Of a stretch of DNA of 32,000 nucleotides, positions 19,601 through 27,555 are shown one piece after another. The first letter of the stretch is position 1. The number at the start of each line of letters is the position of its first letter. The notes beneath the pieces were generated by a model. It was not told the DNA's origin. It did no database searches and saw nothing but the letters and a program-made list of their open reading frames with translations. The DNA comes from an uncultured Pseudomonadales bacterium (GTDB lineage Bacteria > Pseudomonadota > Gammaproteobacteria > Pseudomonadales > Azotimanducaceae). The translations under genes were made by a program, and so were the position numbers. The stretch lies in assembly GCA_958296165.1 (NCBI GenBank), contig OY282447.1:3601154-3633153 (forward strand), in the 5' to 3' direction.

Positions 19601-20822
19601 TGACGCTTGGATTGACAACGTAGCGGGGCCGCAAAGCCGTTTCGGGCAAGTAGAAGCGGAGGTGTGCGCCGACTATCGGCATATGAAGACGCTGAGGGAA
19701 CAGCTCTTCGAACAAGGCGAGGACGGTCGTATGAGCCGCATTGGGAGTCGCATGAGAACGATCGCCAAGGAACGAACCTTGAACTTCCTCTCCCGCAAGG
19801 CCGTCATCCCAAAGTATGGATTTCCCGTAGATGTTGTCGAACTCGACACGCGGCCGGCAGACGGCAATCCGACTGGCGTCGTACTCCAGCGAGACCTATC
19901 TCAGGCCATCGCCGAGTACGCCCCCGGAGGCAAAGTGGTGGCCAATAAGCTGGAATGGGAGTCCTACGGCGTGAAGGCCGTGACCGGCAAGGCGTGGCCA
20001 GTGCGCTTTTACCAATATAGTGACGCACGCGACTTCGAGCAATGGGACGATGGTGATCCGTCCATCCCGCCCAACGGGCGAAAGTACCTCATTCCAGAGT
20101 TCGGTTTCGTAACGCCGCTGTTCGAAAGAGCCAAAGAGCCTCACGGGCGAGTTCGGCGGCTCTATACAACGCGGCCTTTTTTCCGCGGCTTCGAACCGGG
20201 TGCCCATCCAGAAACGGAAATCGTCCATGGCGTCCAAGTGACGAAGGCGGTACCGGGAACTCTGGTCATCCTTTGCGAAGGCAAGAACAGGAAGGGGTTC
20301 TATATCTGCACTTCCTGCGGCGCGCACATGACGGGCGCGAAGGGAAAGCACCGGTCGCCGTGGGGTTCCGATTGCGGAGGCACGCTTAGGAACTTCTCGC
20401 TTGGTCATGAATTGGTCACAGATATCGTTCGCCTGCAGTTTCCGCGACTCGGCGGCGAGTGGGACGCCTACTCCGTCGCCTACGCCCTTCTACTCGGTGC
20501 GGCGACAGCACTGGACGTGCCGGATACTGATCTGAACGTGACGATTGCTCGCGGGGACCATTCGAAAGAGTCCGCAATCGTGCTGTACGACGACGTTCCC
20601 GGCGGCGCAGGGCTGGTGGTGCAACTGGAACGGGAGAGCGTCTTCGACGAGGTGCTGAGCAACGCTAGAGAGCGGGTCCAAGGCAATTGCGGCTGCGACT
20701 CAAGCTGCTACGGCTGCCTACGCAGCTACCGTAACCAGTTTGCGCACCCGTATCTTGACCGAAAGGCGGCGCTGGCGACCTTGAGCTTCGACGACACGAC
20801 ACCGCGCACAAGGATGGCCTAG
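16593..20822 (+). CDS. DEAH-box SF2 helicase with multiple Cys clusters and a C-terminal DUF1998 domain (DruE-like, or a DrmA-DrmB-fusion-like protein)
   Basis: Helicase motifs ATGTASGKTESF, FIVLDEAHQYRG, ATSATL and QRVGRAGRRG. Cys clusters CRECG..CRCCG..CDCG, CEACG, CDTC..CPRYRC and CTSCG..DCGG. DUF1998 signature VPGGAGLV...GCDSSCYGCLRSYRNQFAHPYLDR. The start is taken at ATG 16593 (strong SD) rather than 16506 of the ORF track. Confidence 0.88.
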   Translation: MADTEDIWRWPEMVRQRYENYLRTSFFFRDPQLRASFQTALQEDGSLLKGPFTEVSGGFETGTDTRALAEECFPCKSASLVPALISGPLYVHQERAVRSTYIDEQNIVVATGTASGKTESFLYPILYELYREHLAGELDEPGVRAMILYPMNALANDQRERLGEICGELRAAGSGFKPTFGQYIGQTPYNAKDSWRNAAAREEERLAGELVFRDEMRNAPPHILMTNYSMLEYLLIRPDDSPLFDGSRGARWKFIVLDEAHQYRGAKGMEMGMLIRRLKQRLRDGGRREPFRCIATSATLSSGESEKDKQVVAEFANELFGESFSASGVIFGKPQRTVADGRPRRYHAFLRALEGAFLVHRGGVDAVVLNRRGGSDEGSGDPLEVALCRECGQHYYVGRERGGKLKEAVRDPSQPDFGVTYYLPTEEGGEQLCRCCGALSKSKPGCDCGATVRVKKCQSRDGQPDQLKQCEACGYQRGGIGDPVQEIVHGSDGPNSVIATALHELLPEGRRKVLAFADSRQEAAFFAWYAEDSYEKLRDRNLMLRAIRSEEVDPEGLSVDDLRNRLRKQWQEAGLFSGADTGEQQNRKVMTSILREALTEEKRLSLSGVGLIKWSVRIPAHLSLPETMRQPPWNFTDGEARRLAEYLLDELRPRRAMSLPSDAGTPSWDDIAARPQQACSVGAPKGVRKVFQWGAPQSAVVKHFLRRLLADTDLPDKQKQEMSTKLMKDVWRMLTSAEEPILKRVTASTFRLDPRWLRIELAAHDEIWECDTCATLSNHNIRGVCPRYRCPGTLSAAGQAHLNTNHYRILYESAKLPPELRAEEHTAQIESDEARQRQDRFKTGRVHLLSSSTTFEVGVDLGNLEAVFLRNVPPEPFNYAQRVGRAGRRGTPGLALTYCRRNPHDLYHYEDPVDRVIGGAVHPPRLRMTNDKIILRHMVATTLAMFFRENGERFNNVENFVGDWSTPHAADDVRTFCQGNRSLADSFRQTVPENMHRRVGLGNDAWIDNVAGPQSRFGQVEAEVCADYRHMKTLREQLFEQGEDGRMSRIGSRMRTIAKERTLNFLSRKAVIPKYGFPVDVVELDTRPADGNPTGVVLQRDLSQAIAEYAPGGKVVANKLEWESYGVKAVTGKAWPVRFYQYSDARDFEQWDDGDPSIPPNGRKYLIPEFGFVTPLFERAKEPHGRVRRLYTTRPFFRGFEPGAHPETEIVHGVQVTKAVPGTLVILCEGKNRKGFYICTSCGAHMTGAKGKHRSPWGSDCGGTLRNFSLGHELVTDIVRLQFPRLGGEWDAYSVAYALLLGAATALDVPDTDLNVTIARGDHSKESAIVLYDDVPGGAGLVVQLERESVFDEVLSNARERVQGNCGCDSSCYGCLRSYRNQFAHPYLDRKAALATLSFDDTTPRTRMA

Positions 20823-21352
20823 GCACCGCCATCCTCCGCTGTACAACCGGTGCAGGATCGGGTCGGCGCGTGTTGGCGCAAACGCGGCGTCAATTGGTGA
20901 GCCGCTATCCCACCACACCGAGCTCGAGAGCCAGTGTTGAAGGTGCAAAGGCGAGGCACCGGCCCCGCCGGCGTAGCAAATGCGCTCCCCGAAGAGACGC
21001 TACGACCACGAACGCCCTACGGCCGACTCGACAGCCATGAGATTCAAGCGCTCACGGATGACATCGAGCACGAACTGCGCCGGCGCGTCCTCGCTGACAC
21101 CCGCGACAGAGCCATGCTCCGCAACGCCGTAGCGTAGCGCGCGCATCGGCTCAGTCCGCGTCGCTGGCGCAGGTGCGACTCACGAGCCGCCGCCGACCGG
21201 TCGAAAGGCCAGCGGGCGATCCGCCCTCGGACTGCTACTGCATGGACCGCCGCCGCGGCTTAGCGGACTTCGCGGCCGAAGAACCGCCGTTTGCGCTTCG
21301 GTCGGGCCTTCCGTGCCAGTGCGTCGCGCTCCTCACGCTCTTGACGCTTGCG

Positions 21353-21469
21353 CTTCACGCCCACGAAGCGCATCGTCGGCCGGCACACCTCCGCGATGCC
21401 GTCCGCGTCGTTGGCGTCGTTCTTGTTCGACTTGACGTACGGCGACACGAACTGCGGACTCGTCAGCAG
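21353..21469 (-). mobile_element. IS110-family transposase gene, internal fragment in inverted orientation
   Basis: LLTSPQFVSPYVKSNKNDANDADGIAEVCRPTMRFVGVK is the IS110 segment that normally follows ...GHEV directly. Similarity is lost after VGVK. Confidence 0.7.
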
Positions 21470-21731
21470 CGCCCTGCTGCACATAGTCTCTGACTTGCTG
21501 AACAGCCCAGCCATCCGTGGATGTTTTTGGATCATGGAACTTCGCTTGAACATAGATAGTCAGTCTGGCTCTGTCGAACGAGGCGCGGATGTCGACGTCG
21601 CCGTCGTCCCTGTTCTTTTGTGGAGTGCAGACGTCGCTTGCGCCAATTCGCCGGAAGTACCACTTCAACAGCGACTCGAACTTTCCCGGACTTAACTCGT
21701 TGTAAATGAGGCACAAGAGCTGTTCTGCCAA
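21470..21731 (-). pseudogene. Mrr_cat-type (PD-(D/E)XK) restriction endonuclease N-terminal fragment, truncated at the IS110 piece
   Basis: MAEQLLCLIYNELSPGKFESLLKWYFRRIGASDVCTPQKNRDDGDVDIRA...LTIYVQAKFHDPKTSTDGWAVQQVRDY fits the Mrr catalytic pattern (FE..L...G, DxGxD, QxK). The ORF then runs into IS-derived sequence. Confidence 0.55.
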
Positions 21732-22210
21732 TTCGGGGGTACGCGAGCGTAGCGCTATCGGTCCAGGGCGATTGCATTTTGGGAATTCTTAGTGAATTAC
21801 GTGGCCAAGTAGGCCCCTGCCGGGTCTGATTTTTCGCCTCCAAACGCCCCGAATGGGCCTGACAGACAGTTTGAGAGGTCGTTTGCCGCTGTTCGACGGT
21901 CCGTTTAGGCCACGAGACGACATTTTATGTCCAAATGCAATCGCCCTGACGGAACAGTCTCGCGGCGTCGGAGCCGGTCTGCGACTGGTGCCTGATGACC
22001 AGCAACGCCGGCGTGCGCGCCGACGCAACGCGGGACTTGCTCACATGAGCGCCGTGGTCATCGCCAGCGTCAGCGGCATCTCGGGCGGCTGCGCCACCCT
22101 GACCCTGGCCCGGGCCGCGACCTCCCGATCCCGCTGGCCAACCGCCTTCTCGCGGACCTCGGCCTTCTTCATGATCCGGGCGGCGCGACGTTCGATGAGC
22201 GACGCCTCCT

Positions 22211-22879
22211 TCACCCGGGCCTTGGCGCTTCGCCCTGGGACACCGCGACGTGCCGGCGCTTCGATCCCTTCACGCCGCGCTCCAGTCCGAACGGTTCGCC
22301 GACATGCGCGAAAACATCGTCCTGCATCCGCGAGACCGCCGCGCCGACGACCGCCCGGCTCATCGACGCGCGCTTGCGCCCGGACAGCTCGGCGTCCATC
22401 GCCCGGCGCACCGCCGACATGCCCCATTGCAGTTTGCCGTCCTCGACGGCGGCGGGGATCGTCGTGACGTGGACGTGCCATTGGGTCTCGTCGAGGTGCA
22501 GCGCGGCGTCCGTGATCCACGAGTCCGGCATCCGCAGCTCGCACCACGCCAGGCAGGCCTTGCCCCACTCGCGGGCCTTGTCGACGGACCAGCCCTCGCC
22601 GATCCGCTTCGCCCCGACGAACAGGAACTCGGCGTGGGGTTTGGGCTTCGTACCCCGGCGTCTCGCCAGGTCCTTCTTCCTGCGGGCCATGATGTTCGCC
22701 AGCTCGTCGTCGGGTAGAGTCGGCGCCAGGGACTCCACCGAGAGCGTCTCGCCGGCGGGGGATTGCATCTTCGGAAAGGCGTCGGTGACGGGGGAGCGGA
22801 CCTCTCCGCGCACGTGCATCCGGCGACGTGTCGAAGCGGAGGCGGAGACGCGCTCGAACCGGTGCAGCAGAGTGGGCAT
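22211..22879 (-). CDS. MobV/Pre-type relaxase (plasmid recombination enzyme family), possibly frameshifted at its 3' end
   Basis: AALHLDETQWHVHVTTIP carries the HxDExxxHxH motif, and FGLERGVKGSKRRH matches the conserved l.RG..gS...H motif. A coiled-coil-like continuation (KARVKEASLIERRAARIMKKAEVREKAV) sits in another frame at 22041-22230. Confidence 0.65.
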   Translation of the reverse strand: MPTLLHRFERVSASASTRRRMHVRGEVRSPVTDAFPKMQSPAGETLSVESLAPTLPDDELANIMARRKKDLARRRGTKPKPHAEFLFVGAKRIGEGWSVDKAREWGKACLAWCELRMPDSWITDAALHLDETQWHVHVTTIPAAVEDGKLQWGMSAVRRAMDAELSGRKRASMSRAVVGAAVSRMQDDVFAHVGEPFGLERGVKGSKRRHVAVSQGEAPRPG

Positions 22880-22912
22880 GCGCCCACTCTACCACCCGGA
22901 TTCGGCGGGGGG
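22864..22912. repeat. 49-bp repeat copy 1, containing a 9-4-9 hairpin over the mob start codon (oriT/RSA-like candidate)
   Basis: GCAGCAGAGTGGGCATGCGCCCACTCTACCACCCGGATTCGGCGGGGGG. The inverted repeat AGAGTGGGC-ATGC-GCCCACTCT lies at 22869-22890. 47/49 identical to 28254-28302. Confidence 0.8.
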
Positions 22913-22967
22913 ACGGCAAGCCATTGGTTTTGCAAGCACAAACACGTGCGCGAAGTCACGCTACACG

Positions 22968-25547
22968 CTAGAAGACATCTCCAATCAGCTTGCCGATCGC
23001 TTGGGCGTCAAGGCCCCCTCTGCGGTCGTCTGATGTCTTGATCAGCATGCGTTCAGCGTCTTTGCCTTCGCTCCAAGGCACTATTCCATCCTCCAGATAT
23101 TCCTCGCGTTTGCGCTCCCACCGTGCGTGATAGGCCGGATCATCCAACAACCCCAAGTGTTCCCAATAGTAGGTTGTCCCGCTTGCGTCGTCCTCGACCG
23201 TGAAGTCAGGGTAGCGAGTACGTCCTCCAGAGAGTACGAGGGGTTGCTCATATGCGTAGTCAACGCCGGCCGCATGCAGTTTGTCGGCGATGACGAGCTC
23301 GGACTTGGAACGCACAAGATCGCCTCTCTCGGTGCGATGGATGAGATCCTCCTCAAGGAACCTACTGGTGCCTACGTTGCGCACTTCCGTCGGAGCGGGC
23401 GGAGCGAACAGATTGGTCATACGGCGTGCGATCTCGGAGTACTCGTCGCCGACGTATCTCCGATAGTCTTCTATTGGTCCCTGATGAAGGACGACAAGCC
23501 TGTCCTGATGCCGTGTGAGTGCGGTGTAGAGCAACTCGCGAGAGAGCAGCGCGCACGGGTTCGTCAGCACTACAAAGGTCGTTTTGAATTCACTGCCTTG
23601 CGTCTTGTGTACTGTCAGGCAATAGGCGAGTTCGAGTGTGGGCTGTTGATCCTCGCCGAACTCATGCTCCAAAAAGCTGTACCTGCGGCCAAGTTGTCCC
23701 GCGAACTCAACCTCGGTCTTCCAAGGCGGCTTCCTGTATGGTGCTTTCTTTCCCTTGTATTGCCCGACGACAATCCCAATGTCGCCGTTGGCAATGTAGG
23801 ACTCGCCGTCACTTGGGTACACGTCCTTCTTTTTTCTTCTCTGATTACGAACATTGATTATCTTGTCGCCGTAGAGAATGCCTTGGGTACCCAAAGGCTT
23901 CGGAACTTTTCTATATCTTGCTTCTGTGAGCTTCCTCGCCTCCTTGCGAAACCGGGCCTGTATGGCTCGATTCAGCGCGTCCACACCGGTCATGCCGGCC
24001 CTACGCGGCGTTAGTACTTGCCAGCTCTCGACCTTGCTCGCGGCACCAGGGGAATGCTTGGACTCAGGATGGAAGAACGCGTGCGGCGCGTTACGATACC
24101 GAGAGCCGCCTATCGACTCCTCGAAGCCGAGCTCGTCTTCAGGGCTAGACAAGCCCAAGCTATGTACAAGCTCGTCCATGAGCCGTTGCTCTAGCTCTGC
24201 GCTGTGGTCCCACCGCACTAGGCGCAGCCTCTCGTCGGAGCGACCGAGGCTGCTGAGGGCGGAATCCGCCTCTGGGTCGAGCGGCTGGCCATTGAAGTGC
24301 GAAGCGAGCAAAACGTCAGGCCGTGCCGTACCCTGTTGTCGTCTCGGTACAGTTAGTTCGGCGTAACCGATCGAACAGCGAGGGAACTGACTCTCTACGC
24401 CATCAGGCCGGAGCTTCCGAACGATGTCTACGAAGGGGCGCCCGGCGCCGATTGGCGGAAGCTGGCGTGGATCGCCGACGAGCACGAGACGTTCTACGCC
24501 GGCGAGCGCGTCGAGCAAGGCAGCCAGTTGCTCTTCCGTAAGCATGGAACACTCGTCCACGACGACTGTGCGATAGTCTCGGCAAGGGGCTGCCTGTGGG
24601 TTAGGGAAATACCGCCCAGTTGTGCTGTCGTAGCGGTTCAGGCCGATGAGGAACTGCGCCAGAGTTTTGCCGTGGCCGCGTAGGCCAGTCCGTTCCTCTA
24701 GGCGTACGCGAGCTTTGCCGGTGGGTGCTAGCAGCAAGATTCCCTCGTCGGCAACCCCGCTGATCTCGCAGAGCATACGAATCAGTGTCGTCTTGCCGGT
24801 GCCGGCAGGGCCGATGAGGACAGAGAGGCGCGAAGAGAACACAACCTCCAATGCGGCGGCCTTCTCTTTCCTGCCTCGTCTCTCTGTATCTCGTTCAGCA
24901 TCATCTGCTGGTAGCGGGCCTAGGGTGTTCTCTATCAGCGCAGGCCATTCGTGCTCGGCCGCATGTTTGCGTCCGCGCACTCGCTTGTTCACCTCTTTGC
25001 CGATGATTGATCTGCAATTCGTTAGCCGATCGACTTGGTAGGCCGTTTCGCCTGCGGCCGTTGTCGTACATCGGACGACGGTATCGAAAGTGGCCTGCAT
25101 AGCGTCGAGTACGTTGTCGCCCAACGGACAAGGCGGTTGAAGCACGCGCTCTCTGGCACGCCGTATGACCCAACTCTTCGGTAGCAGTGTATGGCCCTCT
25201 AGGGCGGCATCCTCAAGAAGGTCTACAACTAGGGATCGCACTCTACGGCCGTCCGTAGGATCATCGACGCGAGACGGTTCGGTCATGGGAAACTGTTGAC
25301 GTAGAGCGTCGTCGGGGAAAACTCCTCGATCCACGGTGGCGAAGGCGATGGGATTTTCGGCAGTGCGGTCCTGTTCAAACAGGAGGAAGGGGTTTTTCAG
25401 AAGCTCGCGGTCCGCCGCTTCTACCCCAGCATCCTCACGCTTCTGCGGGTCGTAGAAGCGAAGTGCCTGATCTTCGCTCAGTGCACATCGGCTCAGGAGA
25501 TTGAGAAGTGCTCGACGATTCGGGCGAGATGCTGCCAGCCATTGCAC
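22968..25547 (-). CDS. RecD/TraA-like SF1 helicase (AAA_30 and UvrD_C_2 type) with a C-terminal PD-(D/E)XK-like nuclease domain
   Basis: Helicase motifs LIGPAGTGKTTL, VVVDECSML, LVLVGDPRQLPPIGAG and CLTVHKTQGSEF. The C-terminus VRSKSELVIADKLHAAGVDYAYEQPL...RYPDFTVED..YYWEHLG looks nuclease-like. It has a GTG start with no SD and overlaps the upstream ORF by 55 nt. Confidence 0.8.
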   Translation of the reverse strand: MQWLAASRPNRRALLNLLSRCALSEDQALRFYDPQKREDAGVEAADRELLKNPFLLFEQDRTAENPIAFATVDRGVFPDDALRQQFPMTEPSRVDDPTDGRRVRSLVVDLLEDAALEGHTLLPKSWVIRRARERVLQPPCPLGDNVLDAMQATFDTVVRCTTTAAGETAYQVDRLTNCRSIIGKEVNKRVRGRKHAAEHEWPALIENTLGPLPADDAERDTERRGRKEKAAALEVVFSSRLSVLIGPAGTGKTTLIRMLCEISGVADEGILLLAPTGKARVRLEERTGLRGHGKTLAQFLIGLNRYDSTTGRYFPNPQAAPCRDYRTVVVDECSMLTEEQLAALLDALAGVERLVLVGDPRQLPPIGAGRPFVDIVRKLRPDGVESQFPRCSIGYAELTVPRRQQGTARPDVLLASHFNGQPLDPEADSALSSLGRSDERLRLVRWDHSAELEQRLMDELVHSLGLSSPEDELGFEESIGGSRYRNAPHAFFHPESKHSPGAASKVESWQVLTPRRAGMTGVDALNRAIQARFRKEARKLTEARYRKVPKPLGTQGILYGDKIINVRNQRRKKKDVYPSDGESYIANGDIGIVVGQYKGKKAPYRKPPWKTEVEFAGQLGRRYSFLEHEFGEDQQPTLELAYCLTVHKTQGSEFKTTFVVLTNPCALLSRELLYTALTRHQDRLVVLHQGPIEDYRRYVGDEYSEIARRMTNLFAPPAPTEVRNVGTSRFLEEDLIHRTERGDLVRSKSELVIADKLHAAGVDYAYEQPLVLSGGRTRYPDFTVEDDASGTTYYWEHLGLLDDPAYHARWERKREEYLEDGIVPWSEGKDAERMLIKTSDDRRGGLDAQAIGKLIGDVF

Positions 25548-26761
25548 AGGTTGGGCTTCAGGAGTCGAGCCGTGGGCTGCGGCAGCGAAGTCGGGCTCGC
25601 CATCACGTCGTCGAGCAGCTTCCAGTGGTCGGACTCACCTTTACGCTCACCTAGTAGCTGGATGTCGTAGGCGATCAAGCTGCCATGTTGAAGGCCCCAC
25701 TCATAGCCGAAGGCAGAGAGCGCGGAGCCAAGACCAGGAAATGGGCCGCGGGCCTGCCACAAGTTGTTGAGCTCTGTGTTGACCCACGCCAGCGCTTTGT
25801 CCCATGGTCCTTCGACCTTGTCGCGGATACGCTGGAGAACGGCGGCGCAACGTATGAGGGAAGCCACTGCACCATCGTCGGTGAGCAATTCAGAGCCGTA
25901 GGAGTAGCTCTCGAACAACTCATTCGGCGCAAAGGCAACGAACTCCTCGGGATCAAGACCGTCTCGCTCCGCGAGTTTGGCTATCTCCTGATATGGGAAG
26001 ATGAATCCGTCTAGTTGGCCGGCCGGCGTCCTCAAAGAGTGACCGATGTTTCGTTCCCACAGTACGCTGCGAAGCGGAGGCTCGGCGGTGCTATAGCGGT
26101 ATTCGGTACTCCTACCCACGGACGTGACGCGCCCTACGCCCACGATGGTCCGCCCAGACTGCTCGGAGAGCGGCGTCTGCTTGGCGTAGAAGAAGCACAG
26201 CGACCCTTGCGGGCGGATTGCGCTGAAGAACGTGTCGAGCAACGCCAGCTGATTGTCCTTGTCCTGTATCCAAGCGGTGCGGAAGCCGAGGTTTGGTTCA
26301 CGGTCGGGCGCGTATCCAAGCTTCAGCTGCTCAGCTAGACCGGCATCCTGCCTTCGGTCGTTTCCCTCAACGTCCTCGCGCAGCATCCAGCGAAAAGGAA
26401 CGCAAGCGGCTGTGTATGGTGGTTGCACGAAGCGCGTGGACGCGAAATGACTATGCGTGTCCGATGTATGCACATACGGATGATCCACCGTGCGGACGAT
26501 CTCGAAGGGCGCCATGAACGAGGCCCGTTCCTTGATGCATGGCGGCATGTCCTTCTCGGTCAGCTGATCGACGCGCTTGCCAGCGCAGCTTGTCTCAATG
26601 TCGTCTCGACGACCGTCGGCGATTCGTCCAAGCACCAGACAACTGGTGTTGTTCAAAGGCATTGAGCACACCGTGCCGGCCCAGCCACTATCGTGCCAAG
26701 GCACCCGTATCGTGATGTGATGTCGTGGAAGCTGCCGTGCGCCCGCTGCGAGGTCGACCAA
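25493..26761 (-). CDS. Unknown 422-aa protein coupled to, or originally fused with, the helicase-nuclease
   Basis: TTG start 26761 is preceded by GAGGAG 7 nt upstream. N-terminal motif ITIRVPWHDSGWAGTVCSMPLNNTSCLVLGRI, with a central SLCFFYAKQ...RTIVGVGRVTSVG beta-rich core. Confidence 0.7.
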   Translation of the reverse strand: MVDLAAGARQLPRHHITIRVPWHDSGWAGTVCSMPLNNTSCLVLGRIADGRRDDIETSCAGKRVDQLTEKDMPPCIKERASFMAPFEIVRTVDHPYVHTSDTHSHFASTRFVQPPYTAACVPFRWMLREDVEGNDRRQDAGLAEQLKLGYAPDREPNLGFRTAWIQDKDNQLALLDTFFSAIRPQGSLCFFYAKQTPLSEQSGRTIVGVGRVTSVGRSTEYRYSTAEPPLRSVLWERNIGHSLRTPAGQLDGFIFPYQEIAKLAERDGLDPEEFVAFAPNELFESYSYGSELLTDDGAVASLIRCAAVLQRIRDKVEGPWDKALAWVNTELNNLWQARGPFPGLGSALSAFGYEWGLQHGSLIAYDIQLLGERKGESDHWKLLDDVMASPTSLPQPTARLLKPNLCNGWQHLARIVEHFSIS

Positions 26762-26900
26762 TGTCTCTCTCCTCTATTGACGTACCTGCTGAGCATACAC
26801 GATGGCTAGTAACGTCCAATGAGCATCCGTCTAACGAGAAGCGAATCTAATGAGGCAAGTTCAAGGGGGGCGATTTGGGATCACGAGGATGATCGTGACA

Positions 26901-26993
26901 ACGAAGGGTTTTAGGGCACCAATATCGTGCAAGTCCGACTTCAAGACTTAGCGGCTCCGCCAGCGTTTTACCGCAGTGCGACGCGGCGGCGTA
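26901..26993. repeat. 93-bp repeat, copy A
   Basis: ACGAAGGGTTTTAGGGCACCAATATCGTGCAAGTCCGACTTCAAGACTTAGCGGCTCCGCCAGCGTTTTACCGCAGTGCGACGCGGCGGCGTA. Near-identical to 30881-30973, with unrelated flanks. Confidence 0.85.
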
Positions 26994-27555
26994 CAGCCAA
27001 GGCCGCACGCGGTCGAGCGTCAGATGGTTCGTCGGGTGTCGATGAACAGCGACACGGGTTCGGGCGGCGGCGCGACGAGCCTGTACAGCGCGATCAGCGC
27101 TCGCTCGCCGTGCGATAGCGAGATCGCGTCCACGTCGAACGCGGTCGAACCACGCCGACAGAGACGGCAACGCCGCTTCCAGCAGGTCGGGGCGTCGGCC
27201 GTCCGGCACGACTACGCAGCGCCCGAGCGTTCGCTTGAACGCCGCCAGCCTTCGCGGACCGCGGCGTCCCCGAAGGATCGTCGTGGTCGATGGCGACCGT
27301 GTAGCGCATGTCCCCTTCGGCCGTCGACGCCGCGTTCGGGCGCCGCGCCAGCCCCGGGTCGTCGACGCGGTACTGCCGGCGGCCAGGTCCTCCTTCAGCG
27401 CATCCGGCGGCTGCCTCTTAACATCACGCGGATGCATCCCGACCAGCGATCCGTTCGCCGCAAGTTTCCTGAACGCCATTCTTGCGGTCGCCTCAGCATT
27501 GCAGTCGTGTAAGGTCTGCCACCCGGTTGGAGAGAAGACAGCAAAGGAGGACCAT

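Noticed and set aside
13532-21731. Joining the Mrr-like fragment (21731-21470, minus) to the sequence at 13532 (plus), as the reciprocal junction of a simple inversion
   Set aside because: With breakpoints at 21469/21470 and 13531/13532 the joined frame reads QQGGRACLSALSRWAFDRAR-stop. It is not in the GELACRRYPGGH frame. The latter also resembles a DUF2779 N-terminus rather than an Mrr C-terminus.
22041-22959. 292-aa and 199-aa minus-strand ORFs and the 22250/22374 plus-strand ORFs overlapping mob
   Set aside because: Only the 22211-22879 frame contains relaxase motifs. The others are Arg/Pro-rich shadows. The 3' end of the 292-aa frame (22041-22230) may be a frameshifted mob C-terminus, but I could not place the shift.
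26994-27500. Possible hicA-hicB-like toxin-antitoxin remnant on the minus strand (MAFRKLAANGSLVGMHP...KEDLAAGS, then MRYTVAIDHDDPSG...VVVPDGRRPDLLEAAL)
   Set aside because: The resemblance to HicA/HicB is patchy and needs several frameshifts. The 279-aa ORF 26847-27686 is a composite of unrelated frames. Not supportable without a search.
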